Positions 8,691-9,348 of a stretch of 9,348 nt of DNA are shown piece by piece. The notes below the pieces were generated by a model that saw nothing but the letters and a program-made list of their open reading frames with translations, did no database searches and was not told the origin of the DNA. Within the stretch, counting starts at the first letter, position 1. Each line of letters starts with the position of its first letter. The position numbers and the translations under genes are program-made. Source of the DNA: Octopus sinensis (taxonomy: Eukaryota); contig NW_021827963.1 in the NCBI RefSeq assembly GCF_006345805.1, positions 1 through 9,348 on the forward strand, in the 5' to 3' direction.

Positions 8691-9088
8691 TGAAGATATT
8701 CAATTCTGAAAGCCACGTTCTCGTAGCATTTTTTTTTCTATTCTTTTCAAGTGTTTTTTTTTATCTCCGATATAAGACACATCCGTCTTGACAATAGCAA
8801 AATGATTAATGATCGTAACCAGCGTATTATTATAGATGCTGTTAGTTTTTGCAGTTCTTACAGTGCATTGTTGTTGCTGTTGTTGCTATTGTTGTGAAGG
8901 CTGTTGTTCATATTACGCGTTCCTTCATATTTTTTGACAGACCATAGAAGAAAAAAAAACATCCGCAAAAAACAAAACAAGTTGAACGTCAGCTGAAATG
9001 CTATCATACTAAAACTTTCAAAGGCACATACCTGCGTAAGATAATAAATTATTTATGTATCAAATACATGCATATAATGAATATAACA

Positions 9089-9090
<2 letters not shown>

Positions 9091-9131
<41 letters not shown>

Positions 9132-9155
9132 TATATATATATTATATATATATAT

Positions 9156-9223
<68 letters not shown>
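9091..9223. repeat. (TA)n microsatellite
   Basis: Long TA run with few interruptions; source of ORF 9068..9292. Confidence 0.97.
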
Positions 9224-9224
<1 letters not shown>

Positions 9225-9348
9225 ACAGTACGCGTATGTGCGCCTTTTATAAGGATATATGCTTTCCAAAAAGCAGCAAAAAAGTACTATAGGTAAATAG
9301 ATAGCTAACTTTAGAAACAGACCAATACATTTCTGGATAAAAGAATAT

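Noticed and set aside
8075-8716. Seven overlapping Y/I/C/V/H-rich ORFs, plus similar ones at 25-383, 782-1135, 2888-3307 and 9068-9292
   Set aside because: Dinucleotide repeats lack stop codons, so these are translation artefacts.
8836-8937. Cys-rich 33-aa ORF (MLLVFAVLTVHCCCCCCYCCEGCC...) resembling a toxin or metallothionein
   Set aside because: The cysteines come from a (TGT/TGC)n microsatellite.
8858-9031. Minus-strand 57-aa open frame with a transmembrane-like stretch (VCAFESFSMIAFQLTFNLFCFLRMFFFLLW...)
   Set aside because: The hydrophobicity comes from T runs and the tail from an AAC repeat; no homology recognised.

Overview
AT-rich eukaryotic DNA, mostly non-coding and dense in microsatellites. 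By inference from composition and a recognisable SINE, it is probably a coleoid cephalopod such as Octopus. There are no prokaryotic features, no CRISPR and no complete gene. Recognisable content: (1) a decayed internal ORF2/reverse-transcriptase fragment of a CR1/L2-group LINE on the minus strand (~1261-2261); (2) the 5' part of a mariner transposon, with a TIR-like end and transposase HTH (~4898-5300); (3) two 5'-truncated R4/Dong-type retrotransposons with a CCHC knuckle and restriction-like endonuclease, head-to-tail on the plus strand and each ending in (TAA)n (5301-6176, 6175-7406); (4) a ~115-bp hairpin-forming module followed by another TAA array; (5) a tRNA-derived SINE in the opposite orientation, also flanked by TAA arrays (~7699-7890). 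The most interesting structure is this stack of retroelements in TAA microsatellites, with a young-looking copy apparently nested in the tail of an older one. Most ORFs in the supplied track are microsatellite artefacts. Several short splice-flanked open frames could be exons of an unidentified host gene, but these are low confidence. I see no well-supported novel biological system.
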